From: Hypanus sabinus
Taxonomy: Eukaryota
Direction: 5' to 3'
NCBI RefSeq assembly: GCF_030144855.1
Contig: NC_082725.1
Location: 39,680,001-39,744,000, forward strand
DNA: 64,000 nucleotides
Part shown: positions 49,499-62,348 of the stretch, piece after piece
How positions within the stretch are numbered: position 1 is the first letter of the stretch
Layout: each line of letters starts with the position of its first letter
Made by a program: the position numbers and the translations under genes
Notes under the pieces: model-generated
Told to the model about the DNA's origin: nothing
Database searches by the model: none
Seen by the model: only the letters and a program-made list of their open reading frames with translations

Positions 49499-51572
49499 CT
49501 ATATTTGTTAAATAGTATACAGTATTTCAATCCTTTATGAATGCTACATTTTTGAGGATTTGTTCATTACAAAAAGACATTGAATTTACACTTACTGGTT
49601 TCTGTTTTTAAATCTTAAAACTGCAGTGTGTATCTGTATTTAAATTCACTTAAAATCTTAAATTCAGATGCTGCATATCCTTGGCTGTCTTCTATTGAAT
49701 ATGTGTATACAGGTAAACTGAATTGCATTCACTATATAAATAACGTATATAGAACACATTAGAGGCTAATATTCTTGTTAGCTGTATTAATCTATTAGTT
49801 CATCAGTTCAATCTATTATAGTTAACCTCTACAATATAGAGTATACAGAGGGCAATCCTGTCCTCACCTTAGCAGAGATATTCCCTGTATCCTTTCCATC
49901 CCTCCTCCATCTTCCCTGCAACTTAAGACAAGTTTTGACTTTTTATTAGTTCTGCTAAAGGATCTTCAGTCCAAAGCATAAATGTTTCACTTTCCATAGA
50001 TTCTGTCTAACCTTTCCAACATTTTTTAGTTTTAATCTCTGATCTGTAGCTGAGCAGCTTTTAAAAATTTTTTCCTTCACCAACTTCTACTTCCTCCGGC
50101 TAAAGAAATTTGACATGTCCCTGATGACTCTTTACCAATTGCTTTATAGATGCACCCCAAAAAGCATCCTGTCTGCATGCATCACAGCTTGGACTAGCAA
50201 CTGGCCTACCCAAAACACCAAGAAATTGCAGTTATGAAATGCAGCCAAGTCCAATATTCCCTCTGATGAGTCCATTACGCTTCCTGCTGTCTCAGGAAAG
50301 CTGGACATCTGCTTTAAACATAACACTCGATGTGTTCCAAGTGAAATAATAAAATATCTAATGTGTTGACTGTTTGAGTCTCAAGTCTCCTGCTGACTAA
50401 CTTTTTTTATTTATGTACTAATCATCTCTTCCTATTCCATCAAGGAACATTAATATTATTCAGTGGAATGGAAATAAGGACATATTTAAATGCAAATTGC
50501 CATATCAAAATAAGAAAATTGACGTAGATCAATGTGCTAATATATTTGTCAATACCAGTTGCTAACATTAACACTGCTAATAAGTCAGCAAATCAACCTG
50601 AATTATTTATTTAAAGGGCAGAGGAGAGGCTTTGTATCCATGCTATAATAGTGACATTCAGTTCTTATTTTCTTAATTAGAGCTTTGGTATCAATAATGG
50701 TTATACACTGTAGAGCAGCATACAGCAAATGGTTCTTGATGCAATTAGGTTTGCATTAAATGCATTGCATTAAAGTTCTAGACATTTAAACACTCTTGTA
50801 GTCACTTATCTCTAGCTTTACTACATTAGAAATATACGTTGCTACTGATGCTCTCAAATGAGTAATCCCTTTTAGTCCATTTCTTCTTGTCCTTCAAAGT
50901 AGGCAACTGAAAATTTATACCATTTATTAGATTAATTTAGTTCATTGGTGTCTATCCCCTTCCATGAGAGCTGTTAACCTCAAAGAATACAACTGTATTG
51001 GACTTGATTAGCAAGCTTAAGATAAAGAAACTCCTAGGAAACAGCGATCATAATAGGTTAGAATTTGCCCTGCAGTTTGAGCAGATGAAGATAAAATGGG
51101 CTGTACCATTATTACAGTTTGGTAAAGTTAATTGGAGATCATGATGGAGGAGCTGGCCAAAATTGATTTGAGTGGGGCACTAGCAGGGATGACAGTAGAG
51201 CAGCAATGGCTGGAATTTCTGGGCATGATTTGGAAGATGCAGGATTGGTTCATCCCAAAGAAGAAGCAATCTAAAAGGATGAAGCAAATGTGGCTGACAA
51301 GAGAAGTCAAAGACAGCAACCAACAGAAGACAAATAAAGAAATGATAATGAATAAAACAAAATATGAAGGTAATCTAGCCAATAATATCAAATAGAATAT
51401 CGAAAATTTTTCAGATAAATAAAGAGTAAAAGAGACAAGAGTGGACATAAAACAGCCGGGAAATGATGCTTGAGAGGAAGTAATGGAGAGCAAAGAAATC
51501 ATGGATAAACTGAATAAGTATTTTGCATCAGTCTTCACTGTGGAAGACATCAGCAGCATGCCAGAAGTTTAA

Positions 51573-51758
51573 CAACACACACAAAATGCTGGTAGAACAC
51601 AGCAGGCTAGGCAGCATCTAGCATCAGTCCTGACGAAGGGTCTCAGCCCGAAACGTCAACATCGCTTCTCCTTATAGATGCTGCCTAGCCTGCTGTGTTC
51701 TACCAGCATTTTGTGTGTGTTGTTGTTACAATTCTGGCATCTGCAGATTTCCTCGAGT
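51573..51758 (+). mobile_element. Palindromic PLE-derived mini-element with a hammerhead motif
   Basis: 15-bp TSD ATGCCAGAA(G/T)TTTAA (51558-51572, 51759-51773); inverted arms; AGTC-CTGACGA-AGGGTCTCAGCCC-GAAACGTC at ~51626-51657. Confidence 0.85.
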
Positions 51759-51822
51759 ATGCCAGAATTTTAAGTGTGTTGGAGGGGCAGAAGCAAGTTT
51801 CGTCACTATTACTAAGGAGAAG

Positions 51823-52530
51823 GTCAAGTCAAAGTCAAAGTACATTTATCATCAAAGTATGTATACTTTATATAACCTTGAGAATTGTCTTCTTACAGGC
51901 AGCTACAAAAACAAATAAACCCAATAAAACCCATTAAAGCTAGACTGTCAAACACCCAAAGTGCAGAGAAAAAAAGAGAAGGAAAAAGACTGAAAATAAT
52001 ACAAGTAAGCAGATAGCATTCAGAACTGAAGTTCACAAAAGTGTGTTCACGCTGAGATAATTGTACCCACAACCTCAGTTCAGTACAGAGATAAATAATC
52101 CTTGTGGAGTAATGAATTGAAGTTCGGTGTGGAGAAAAGCAGCAATTTGAACTAGACCCTGCCTCGCCTCTGGTCCTGACACTGTGTCCTTTTCAATATG
52201 GCCTGATGATTAAATCATCCAGACCTTGCTCTTGGACCCGGACCCAATCCCTACTAATTCAATACACCCTCAGGGGGTTGGTGCCCCACCACCTCAGTCC
52301 AGCCCATATCCAACTTTTCCAATTCAGCTCAGCACTTAAATTGATCAAATCTCTGGTCTTTCCTTGCTCTCAGGCCCAGTCCAGGCCCCATTGCCTCCAC
52401 TCGCCTCACCTTGGTTCTGCCAAATCGAATTGCCTCCAAGTTTGCTCCGGGAATGGCCAAACAGTGGCTCATTCCTCACTCTGGTCCGAACCCCACCACC
52501 TTGATTTGGACCGTACACACTACGCCCTGG
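51823..52530 (-). mobile_element. Unclassified LINE 3' UTR insertion
   Basis: (AAGTCA)n tail with TTTATCATC at the left end; interrupts CR1. Confidence 0.45.
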
Positions 52531-55500
52531 TACTTGGGAAGTGAAAGGTCTGAAAATGGATGTCACCTGGACCAGATGGACTACACCCCAGGGTTCTGAA
52601 AGAGGTAGCTGAAGAGATTGTGGGGGCATTAGTAGTGATCTTTCAAGAATCACTAAATTCTGGAACGGTTCCGGAGGACTGGAAAATTGCAAATGTCACT
52701 ATTCTGTAAGAAGGAAAAGAAGCAAAAAAGCAAAGAATGGGCAGTTAGCCTGACTTCAGTGGCTAGCAAGATGCTAGAGTCCATTGGGTTGGGTTATTTG
52801 GTACCACGTGATAAAATAGGCCAAAGGCAACATAGTTCCTTAACAGGAAATGACAAATCAGTTGGAATTCTTTGAAGAAATAACTGGCAGGATAGACAAA
52901 AGAGAATCTGTGGCTGTTGTTTTATTTGGATTTTAAGAGCCTTTGACAAGGTGCCACACATGAGGCTGTTAAACAAGATAAAAGCCCTTAGAAAGATAAA
53001 GCAAGTACAGAAAATTGTTGAACTGGCAGAAGGCAAAGTGTGGGAATAAAGGAGGTATACAAGTGGTGTTCTGTAGGGGTCAGTGTTGGGTATGCTATTT
53101 TTCATATGGGCCTGAGAGCAAGGACTTCAAACCTGGGCCTTTTGCTATTTATTTGAGTGACGATCTGAGTGATGGAATTAATGGCTTTGTGGCAAAGTTT
53201 GTGAATAATGCAAATATAGGTGGAGGGGTAGGTAGTTTTGAGGAAGCAGGGAGTCTGCAAAAGGACTTGGACAGATAAGGAGATAGGGCAAATAAGTGCA
53301 GATGTTATGTGTAGAGAAGTACATAGTCATGCACTTTGGTAGAAGGAATAAAGGTGAAGGCTAATTTCTAAATGGAGAGCAAATTAAGAAATCAAGGGTG
53401 CAAAGGGATTTGGGAGTACTTATGCAGGATTCACTATAAGTTAACTTGCAGGTTGAGTCAGTGATAATGAAGGAACATGCAATGTTAACATTTGTTTTCA
53501 CATGACTATAAGGATGTGTAATGCCCTGGTTCACATCTTTACAGTTATGCTGTAGGTATTTAGTTTAGCTGTTCAGTAAGAGCTGTTTATTCTGCTTTCA
53601 GCCTGTTTGGGTTATTGTTGAAGATAAGGGATGATGAGGAATGTGTGCCATCCAATTAGGATGATGGAACTGGGAGGAGGTTTTTTTTTGGTGAGGTTTA
53701 CTTAGGTTGCTCTTGGAGCTTTTCTTCAGCGGAAGATGATGCTGGGGAGAACTGGTCATAGGATACGATCCGGTGGGAGACCTGTTTGTTCGCGATGGAT
53801 TGCGAGCGACGTTCGTAAGGTGGTGTGAGCTTTCACGCAGATCGAGGGCCCGGCGTGTGAATGACAGAGAAGTTCAAGGTGAGCTCCAACTTGTGCACAT
53901 TTGACTATTTAATTAGAATGGGCCCTTCTTGTATTTTTTTTTCCCTTTTCCTTACTAACCCTTTAGTTAAGTAAGTTTCATAAATATAATTCCTTTAGTC
54001 GTATGGAGCGTGCCGTCCGTTATTTCTTGGCACTGAGTTATAACAGGAATTACACAACATCCATACAAACATGGGTTTGGGGTGGGAGAGCCGTCTCAAT
54101 TTTGCAGGTTTGGCAGGACCAGCGTCTTTCCTAGACTTACACAGCCAAAGAAACCAGCAAGGTATCATTTGCGGGGAATTCGTCCCGCATTGAATTTGTT
54201 GGATGCCATGTGATTGCCCTGTGCATTGATCCGGTGGGTTGTGTGTTTAAACCTGTGTTAAACTGTTGTCTGGTAAAGTGATCAGGATACGTGGTTACGA
54301 CGCTACACGGGTTGAGCGGTGATGCGAACCCACGGGGTTACCAGTAACGAATGCGTGTGTATTGAGAGAGGTAGAAATTCGTAGTCCAAATGAATTGTTA
54401 ATTCGGACTCTAAGTACTGTTAGAGACCAATTGCCGGGCAAAGACATTGTTTTGATTCAGACTAGCGCTGATGTAAGGGCAGTGGATCTGCTAGTACTAT
54501 TGTGGCCCTGGGAGAGGGTGGTGGGGTGGACCATACTTTCTGGGAGGAAGGGAGTGTAGGTGACTGCCGTATCAGAAGCCGAGTTTCCTGTAGTTGGGGA
54601 CGGAGACTTTGTTGTAGTTTTTGCAAATTGCAGAGCGAGGGAAAGGAGTGGTCTGATGTGGAATGTCTAATGAGCCCTCCAGCGAGGGCTGAGCATTTCG
54701 AGTTGGTAGCGACCCTCACCTCACTGGTGACTAAATGGCAAAATGCCCAGGTTTAAAGAACCTGCTATCGTAAACTCAGTGTGTTCTCAGGAATGGCTTC
54801 AATCCCGAGAACTTCCACCTCTAAAGGGGAAGAGGAGTACGAGACTTGGGCAGAGCAGGCCTCTCAGATGTGGCAGTGCTCCGAGATGTAAAAAGACAGT
54901 ACAGAGTTTAAGGGGAGGGGGAGGTACTGAGATCCTTAAAGACACAGAACCCTTTTTCTACCTTTGCGGGCTACATGCAAGCGCTAGAAAATGCTTTTGG
55001 TGCTTACGACGGGGTTTCAGGAGAAGAAGAGGAAACTTTCCGCCTACATCTTTCGGCTAGGGAGGCAGCGGAGCTGTTTGCTGCGAAGGTGGGTGGGGGG
55101 GAGGGGGGGGACATTCAAGTGGCTGAGGTGAATTAGTTAAGAATGGACCAAGTGGCGAAAGGCGCCCAGTCACAGGACCTGATCGCTTGGGGTCTCCAAA
55201 TGATCCCCCCCTCCCCCCCACCTCGTTTGTCGAGCTGATCAGAGAAGTAAGAGAGCAGGAGAATGTGACGGAGGCGTGGGATGCTTCTGTCAGCAGGGTA
55301 CAGTCCTCGGTAGTAGCCCCCCTTGGCCGAAGTGACCACTGATAGCCCACCCCGGGGAGTGTTGGAGCTCATGGCACAGTTTAGGACTGAGATGTCCCCG
55401 TTGTTACCCGGCACGATGAAGCCGACAGGGAGTCGGAACCCCTGAGGGGACGGACTAAACAGGGCTGCAAGTAAACGGGGTCCAGCGAGAAGGGGAGCAA

Positions 55501-56440
55501 CCGATATTGTCGGTTACTGTATGACTGTGGTGAAGAGGGACACGTCATGCGGGAGTGTGAAGGACAGGAAAATCCTCAGAGAATGAGCCCCCGGGTACTT
55601 AAGCAGAGAGACCAGTGAGGGAATGGCCTGGCGTCTCGGCAGGAACACATGCCCAGCAATACACCCGAAAGCAAAGAGACCCTATTCCTGAAGGCTTAGT
55701 GGGGCCAGACTCCAGTGTATCGCCACGGATTGAGGGTATTTATGCTAGAGCCATATTTGACACGGGCTCTCGGGTTACTTTGCTCTACCGTTCGTTTTAC
55801 TGATGCCATTCAGTGCGCTAGAGATCTGGGTCTTAGTACAGATGACTTTTCATATGATTGTTACTTGTCCGTGAAGCTGGAGTTTTTGGAGGCAGAGGTA
55901 GGAATAGTTGGAGTCCTTGATACATCAGTGTCAGTTTGCCCGGACCTGGTGGCGACGAATACTCCTATTGTGGGTGAGGAGCCTAGGGGAGCCTGCAAGG
56001 AGAAAGGTGGAGAGGGCTTTCTGAAAATATTGTCCATTTACCCTGTATTCCGAACTGCTTTTGAGGAAGTGTGTGGCCACCCTTGGCTGGATGATGAGCA
56101 TAAACGAGAGACTCTGTGGCACACCCAGTCCAAACCAGCCATGTTACAGCTAGAGTGATGGGAAACCCCACATTTCCCAGAAAGCCTGCTACGGAGGACC
56201 TTTTAGTGGATGCCCCTGAGAGGAGTCAGGCTTACCTGCTGGAGTACTGATGAGCCCAAACTGCAGAAGCCCTGGGTTGTACAGGTGAACAGGATGGCAG
56301 TGAGTGTCAGGAACACTTTGGAGTGGAAGAGGGTGCCAATGGTGCGCCTCTGTCCAGTGATGGTAATGTTTAGTGTTCCTGTAAGACAAGTGGGGGAGAA
56401 ACTCTCACCAAAAAAGGGAAAGTTGATTGCCAAGTCATTC

Positions 56441-56957
56441 ATAGAAACATAGAAAATAGGTGCAGGAGTAGGCCATTCGGCCCTTCAAACCTGCACTGCC
56501 ATTCAGTTTGATCATGGCTGATCATCCAACTCAGAACCCTGTACCTGCTTTCTTTCCATACCCCCCCGATCCCTTTAGCCACAAGGGCCATATCTAACTT
56601 CCTCTTAAATATAGCCAATGAACTGGCCTCAACTGTTTCCTGTGGCAGAGAATTCCACAGATTCACCACTCTCTGTGTGAAGAAGTTTTTCCTCATCTCG
56701 GTCCTAAAAGTCTTCCCCTTTATCCTTAAACTGTGACCCCTCGTTCTGGACTTCTCCAACATCGGAAGCAATCTTCCTGCATCTAGCCTGTCCAATCCCT
56801 TTAGAACTTTATACGTTTCAATAATATCCCCCCTCAGTCTTCTAAATTCCAGTGAGTATAAGCCTAGTCGATCCAGTCTTACTTCATATGTAAATCCTGC
56901 CATCCCAGGAATCAATCTGGTGAACCTTCTCTGTACTCCCTCTATGCCAAGAATGTC
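56441..56957 (-). mobile_element. Young CR1 3' fragment inside the Gypsy element
   Basis: ORF RLDRLGLYSLEFRRLRGD..FFTQRVVNLWNSLP; ATAGAAACATAGAAA tail. Confidence 0.88.
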
Positions 56958-59900
56958 AGTACCTGGAGATTAGAAGAAGAGGTTGATAGAGAAGATGTTG
57001 AAGCTGAAGGATGTCTTTCCACTGACAACTTTGATGTGGGTTTGTTCCAAGAGCACTCACCACACCATCCAGGTGACAGGACACCTCTTTCAGAGAAAGG
57101 TCATGGCAGCTGGTGCCTGTAGAGGTGATGGGGGACTTTTGGCAACATCTCCGGAAGTTGAAGGAAGCTGGGATTATAACTGAGTTTGGAAGCCCTTATC
57201 CATCTCCAGTAGTGGTGGCCTTGAAGAAGAATGGGAAGGTACAGGTGTGTGTGTGGACTATTGGACTCTAAACAGACATATAGTCCCCAGCCAGTATATG
57301 GCCCTGAGAAATGAGGGCGCACTAGCCTGCCTGGGTGGTGTAAAGTAGTTCAGTGTGCTGGACTTACTTGAGGAGTGGGTATTATCAAATCCCCATGACT
57401 GAGGCTGACAGAGTACGGAATTCATATGTCCACTGGGATTATTGCAGTTCAAAAGGATGCCCCCAGGCATATTGGGAGCCCCTGCAACTTTCCAGTGTGC
57501 CATGGAGAAAACAGTGAGGGCTATGAACTTACTTGAGGTATTGGTGTTCCCGGATGATCTCATAGTGTTTGGGTCCACCTTGGAGAAACATGAAGCGAGG
57601 CAACTGAAGTTGCTGGGCTGCCTGAAAGCTGAAGAGTTAAAACTTTCCCTGGACAAGTGCCAGTTCCGCAAGACGTCTGTCAACTATTTTTGGCACTTCG
57701 TCTCACGAATGGAGTAGCTATGGATCTGTCTAAGATAGAGGTGGTGACCGCATGGCCAAGGCCTCAGACTGTGAGCACCTTGTGCTCGTTCCTTGGATTC
57801 TGTGGGTACTATTGGAGGGTTGTGAATGACTACTCTAAAGTGAATCACCCATTAATCAGCTTCTGTGCAGTTACCCTCCCTCTGTGGTGTCTCTACTATT
57901 GAGAGAATGGCTCAGATTGGAGTTGAGGAACTCCATGTTGCCTCTGGACCCATCTCGGAGTTGCCCCCTGGTTCTGCCTGAGAAGTATCAGAGGATGGTG
58001 TTGAAGTCACTTCAAGATGATTCTGGTCATTTGGGGGTTGACAAGACCTATGGATTGCTCAGAGATCAGGTCTACTGGGGCTGGATGAAGCCAAAGGTCG
58101 AAGAGTATTGTAAGTCGTGTATTCGATGTATACAGAGGAAGATGCTGCCTAAAAGGGCCGCTCCGTTGTCCAATTTCAGAGTGCGGAGCCACTTGACCTG
58201 GTGTGTATGGATAGCCTGTCAATAGAGCCGGATGCCAGCAACATGACAAATGTCTTGGTCATTATGGATCACTACACCAGATATGTGCAAGCCTTCCCTA
58301 CCAAGGGTCAGAGGGTGCCCACTGTAGCCAAAGGGTTATGGGAGAAGTATTTAATTTACTATGGCCTCCCCTGGTGGATACATAGTGATCAGGGATGGGA
58401 TTTCGAGAGCAAGCTAATACATAAGTTACTGAGCATGCTTGGAGTCGCGAAGTTGAGGACTACACCTTATCACCTGTAAGGTGATTTCCAGCCTGAGAGG
58501 TTGAATCAGTTCTTGCTAGACATGCTCAGAACCTTGGTAATCTGCAAAAAGAACAAGTGGAGGAGTCAACGTATTGGACAATTGGTCCAATATTCTACAA
58601 CTGTACACAAAATGAAGCTATCGGGTACTCGCCATATTACCTAATGTTTGGGTGTGAGGCGAGTTTGCCTGTTGACCTCTGTTTTGGAGCTGGTGAGGAA
58701 GATCTACCGCAGAAGACTTATCTGAAGTATGTGTCTGACATGAGAAAGGAGCTGAAAAAGGTTTATGAATTAGCTGAGGTCTTGGCTACCAAGCAGAATC
58801 AAGGAAATAAGAGGAGGTATGATCAAAAGGTTAGGCTCTCCCAGCTCATGCCTGGAGACAAGTCCTGATAAAGAATTTGCGGCTTCTTGGGAATCATAAG
58901 TTGGCTGACCGCTGGGCAGCTATGCCCTGTGGAGTTAAGAGTCAGATGTCAACCGTACCAGTTTTCCTAGTGAAACCAGAGGATGGGAATAGGTCTGTAA
59001 AGATTCTCCATCAGAACCACCTTCTACCTCTGGAACAAGAGGTGCGTGTTGACCCAGAGTCTGATCTGGACCTTACACCTAGTAAGAGGACTCTGGCGAT
59101 GTGGGGACACTGACGGACCAACAGCAGGAAGGATTAGACCAGCCCGCCCCCGGAATGGGATATGAATTCGGAGGATGAGGAGGTGGGGGTGTGGTATATG
59201 TTGCCTTTCGCTAACTCCCCACTAATCGAAGAAGAGATTCCCAACCCTTCTAACACTGAGGCAGGTGAAATGGGGAGGGGGGGGCCACCAGAGGACAGGC
59301 AGGCTTGCAGCTGGACCACAAAGGAGGGGCCAGGCTCTAATGCAGCTGAGCTCAGCCAAGTGGCAGAGGGACCTGAGCTGGAATGCACAGGTAACAGACA
59401 GGGGGAGGCCTCGCCATGTAGACCAGACGTACCCAAGAAGCGCCTGAAACTGAAGAATTAGATGATGGGATAAGGAGGTCTCAAAGAGTCAGAAGACCCC
59501 CAGATAGGCTGGCCTATGTAGCACCAAGGGAACAGAGCATTGTGACTATCCCCCTAGTGAGATAAGTCACTAGCATTTCTAAATTAATTGGAGGTTCTGA
59601 CATTACAATATTCCTTTGAAAACATTGTTATTAATGATGAAATGACAAATTATTTCTAAGTCATGAGGACATGACTATTTGTGGTGGGGGAAGAATGTAA
59701 TGCCCTGGTTCAAATCTTTATGTTAATGCTGTAGGTATTTCATTTAACTGTTCTGTAAGAGCTGTTAATTCTGCTTTCAGCCTGTTTGGGTTATTGTTGA
59801 AGATAAGGGATGATGAGGAATGTGTGCCACACAATTAGGATGGTGGAACTGGGGGAGGAGAAGGTTTTATTGGTGAAAACCTCCCCCAAACCAAGGTTTG

Positions 59901-60185
59901 TCTTGGAGCTTATGTTCGGAGGGAGATGAAGAGCGAAGATGCTGGGAAGAACTGGTCCCCAGTGGGAGACCTGTTAGTTCGAGATGGATTACAGGCAACG
60001 TTCGGAAGGTGGTATGAGTTTTCATGAAGACCAAGCATCCAGCACATCAATGACAGAGAGGTTCAAGATAAGCTCCAACTTGTGCACATTTGACTGTTTA
60101 ATTATAATGGGCCCTTTTTGTTTTTTCTTTCTTTACTAACCCTTTAGTTAAGTAAGTTTCATAAATATAATTCCTTTAGTTGTAT

Positions 60186-61155
60186 TGTAACGTACCCCAT
60201 AACTGGGTGTCTAACCAGCAGAGAAAGAAGAATCCGTTGGAGACTGGTGGTACTATATTCAAAAGTGTTTATTAGTAAAATACACATATCAATACCAATA
60301 ATGGAAATATATGGATAATACACATTAGTAATAATAAATCTAAAAATATGGGTATAATAATAATCAATAATAAACAAGCTCTATTGATGTCTAGGGGATA
60401 ACAAATTGTCATTTATAAGTATAAAGTTCAGTTCAATTCATACTTGCTGAGGTAGATGTTGGTTGGTGTGTTGTAATCGTTGGAGAGAGAGAGAGCGAGC
60501 GAGCAGTAACAGCTACAGGCAGGCAAACCTTCCTTTATGTTCTTGATCCGTCGTTTTGTTGTGGCCATTCAGGTATGACCCCTCTGTCCTTCAGCTAGAC
60601 CATTCTTCTGTGGTGGACTCGTCACTCTGGCATGAGTGGACACACACACAAGCCCCCCACTGGCCCTGCTGAGTAAAACTGACCAATCCTTTGTTCGGTC
60701 TCCGATGCCCCACACCTTCACGTGGGTTCCAACACTCAAGCAGTGCTCAATAGTGTGCCTCCTGGTGTGTCTGAGCGGTGTCTCCCCAGACCTCACTTTT
60801 ATCCCTACTCACGGGGTCTCAGTTGTCAATCAATTTTGAATGGCTGTGTCCATAAAACCAGCCCACTCTGGCTGTCCACTGAGGAACTTTAATGAACAGA
60901 ATGGTACAAGATAAACAACCCTCTCAGAAGCCATAAGTCTTTCAGAAGTCATAATATGGTGAATCAACAATTCTCTCTCCCCTGCTTTATCTCTCTCTTA
61001 CCTGTAGCAGATGTTCCAGTTCCAGCATGTTTTCTCTTACATCTCTCTCTCTCATTAGCAGCATAGCAACAGTAATGGTTTGCGATTCTTCCGGGGGGAG
61101 GACATGGGCAGCTCTGCACCCTTCTGCCCATCAGAGCTGTTCATCCTTCGTAACA
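60186..61155 (-). mobile_element. Solo LTR inserted in the Gypsy 3' LTR
   Basis: TGTAACG...CGTAACA termini; 4-bp TSD GTAT; the Gypsy LTR sequence resumes after it; orientation inferred from AATAAA on minus. Confidence 0.85.
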
Positions 61156-62054
61156 GTATGAAGTGTGCTGACTGTTAATTCTTGGCACTGAGTTGTAACA
61201 GGGTAGCAAACAACACAGCATCCACACACACTGGGGCTTGGGGTGGGAGAGCTGACTCAGTCTCATGGGTTTGGTGGGACGGAGTGTGTGTTCCCTAGAA
61301 TTGCACCTCCAAGGAAACCAGCTGGGTATCACATGTTCTGCTGAGGCTTTATAAGGCATTAGTCAGACCACATCTGGAGTATTGAGAATAGTTTTGGGCC
61401 CCATATCTAAGAAAAGATGTGCCGGCATTTGAGAGGGTCCAGAGGATGTTTATGAAAATGTTGCCGGGAAGGAAAAGCTTAATGTATGAGGAGTGTTTGA
61501 TGGCTCTGAGCCTGCAGTTGCTGGAGTTTTGAAGGATGAGGAGGGCAGGGGGATCTCACTGAAACCTACCAAATATTAGATAGTACCTATATGTTTCCAA
61601 CAGTGAGAGAATCTATGCCTGGAGGACACAGACTCTAAATAGAAGTACGTCCTTGTAGAGCAGAGATGAGGAGAAATTTCTTCAGCCAGAGAGTGGTGAA
61701 TTTGTGGAATTTATTGCTATAGATGACTGTGGAGGCCACATCATAGAGTATATTTAAAGCAGAGGTTGATAGGTTCTTGATTATTAAGATTGTCAAAGGT
61801 TATGGGGAGAAGGGGGTTTATAAATCAGCCATAAGGCAAATGACTTGGTGGGATTAATGGCCTAATCCCATTCCTATGTCTTATATCCCTGATGGTGAGG
61901 GTTCTTAATGATGGATGCCATATGTGAGGCACTGCCTCTTGAAGGTATGGTGGGGAGGTCGTGCCTGTGTTGGAGTAGGATGAGTTTACAAACCTCTGCA
62001 GCCTCCTGCGATCCTGTGCATTTGTGCCTCCATAGCAGGCAACAGTACATGCAT

Positions 62055-62348
62055 TGGCACATGGCCAAGTGGTTAAGGCTTTCATCTTGCTATCTGAAGG
62101 TCGCCAGTTCAAGTCTTGGCTGAGGCTGCATGTTGTGACCTTGAGCAGGGCACTTAACCACACATTGCTCTGTGACGACACCAGTGCCAAGCTGTATGGG
62201 TTCTAATGCCCTTCCCTTGGACAACACTGGTGGCGAGAGGGGAGACTTGCAGCTTGGGCAACTGCCGGTCTTCCATAAAAAAATCCTTGCCCAGGCTTGT
62301 GCCCCTGGAAACTTAGTCTATTGAGACTAACGGAGGCCTACACACACA
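62055..62348 (+). mobile_element. tRNA-derived SINE inserted in a Rex1-like fragment (~61885-62720, minus)
   Basis: A box TGGCCAAGTGG, B box GTTCAAGTC, CA-repeat tail. Confidence 0.7.

Larger units (their letters stand above)
53517..61331 (+). mobile_element. Decayed Gypsy/Ty3 LTR retrotransposon
   Basis: LTRs 53517-54167 and 59696-61331 (TGTAATGCCC...GGTATCA); degenerate tRNA-Pro-like PBS; PPT GTGGTGGGGGAAGAA; protease FDTGS; RT QFKRMP..APATFQ..FPDDLIVF; integrase zinc-binding H..H..C..C region and IHSDQG; TSD GATG/CATG. Confidence 0.9.
50990..61880 (+). mobile_element. Old CR1 LINE fragmented by nested insertions (host pieces ~50990-51572, 51759-51822, 52530-53516, 61332-61880)
   Basis: Colinear CR1 ORF2 remnants rejoin across each insertion (e.g. 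AAGGATG | ...CTGAGGCTTTATAAGGCATT). Confidence 0.75.
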
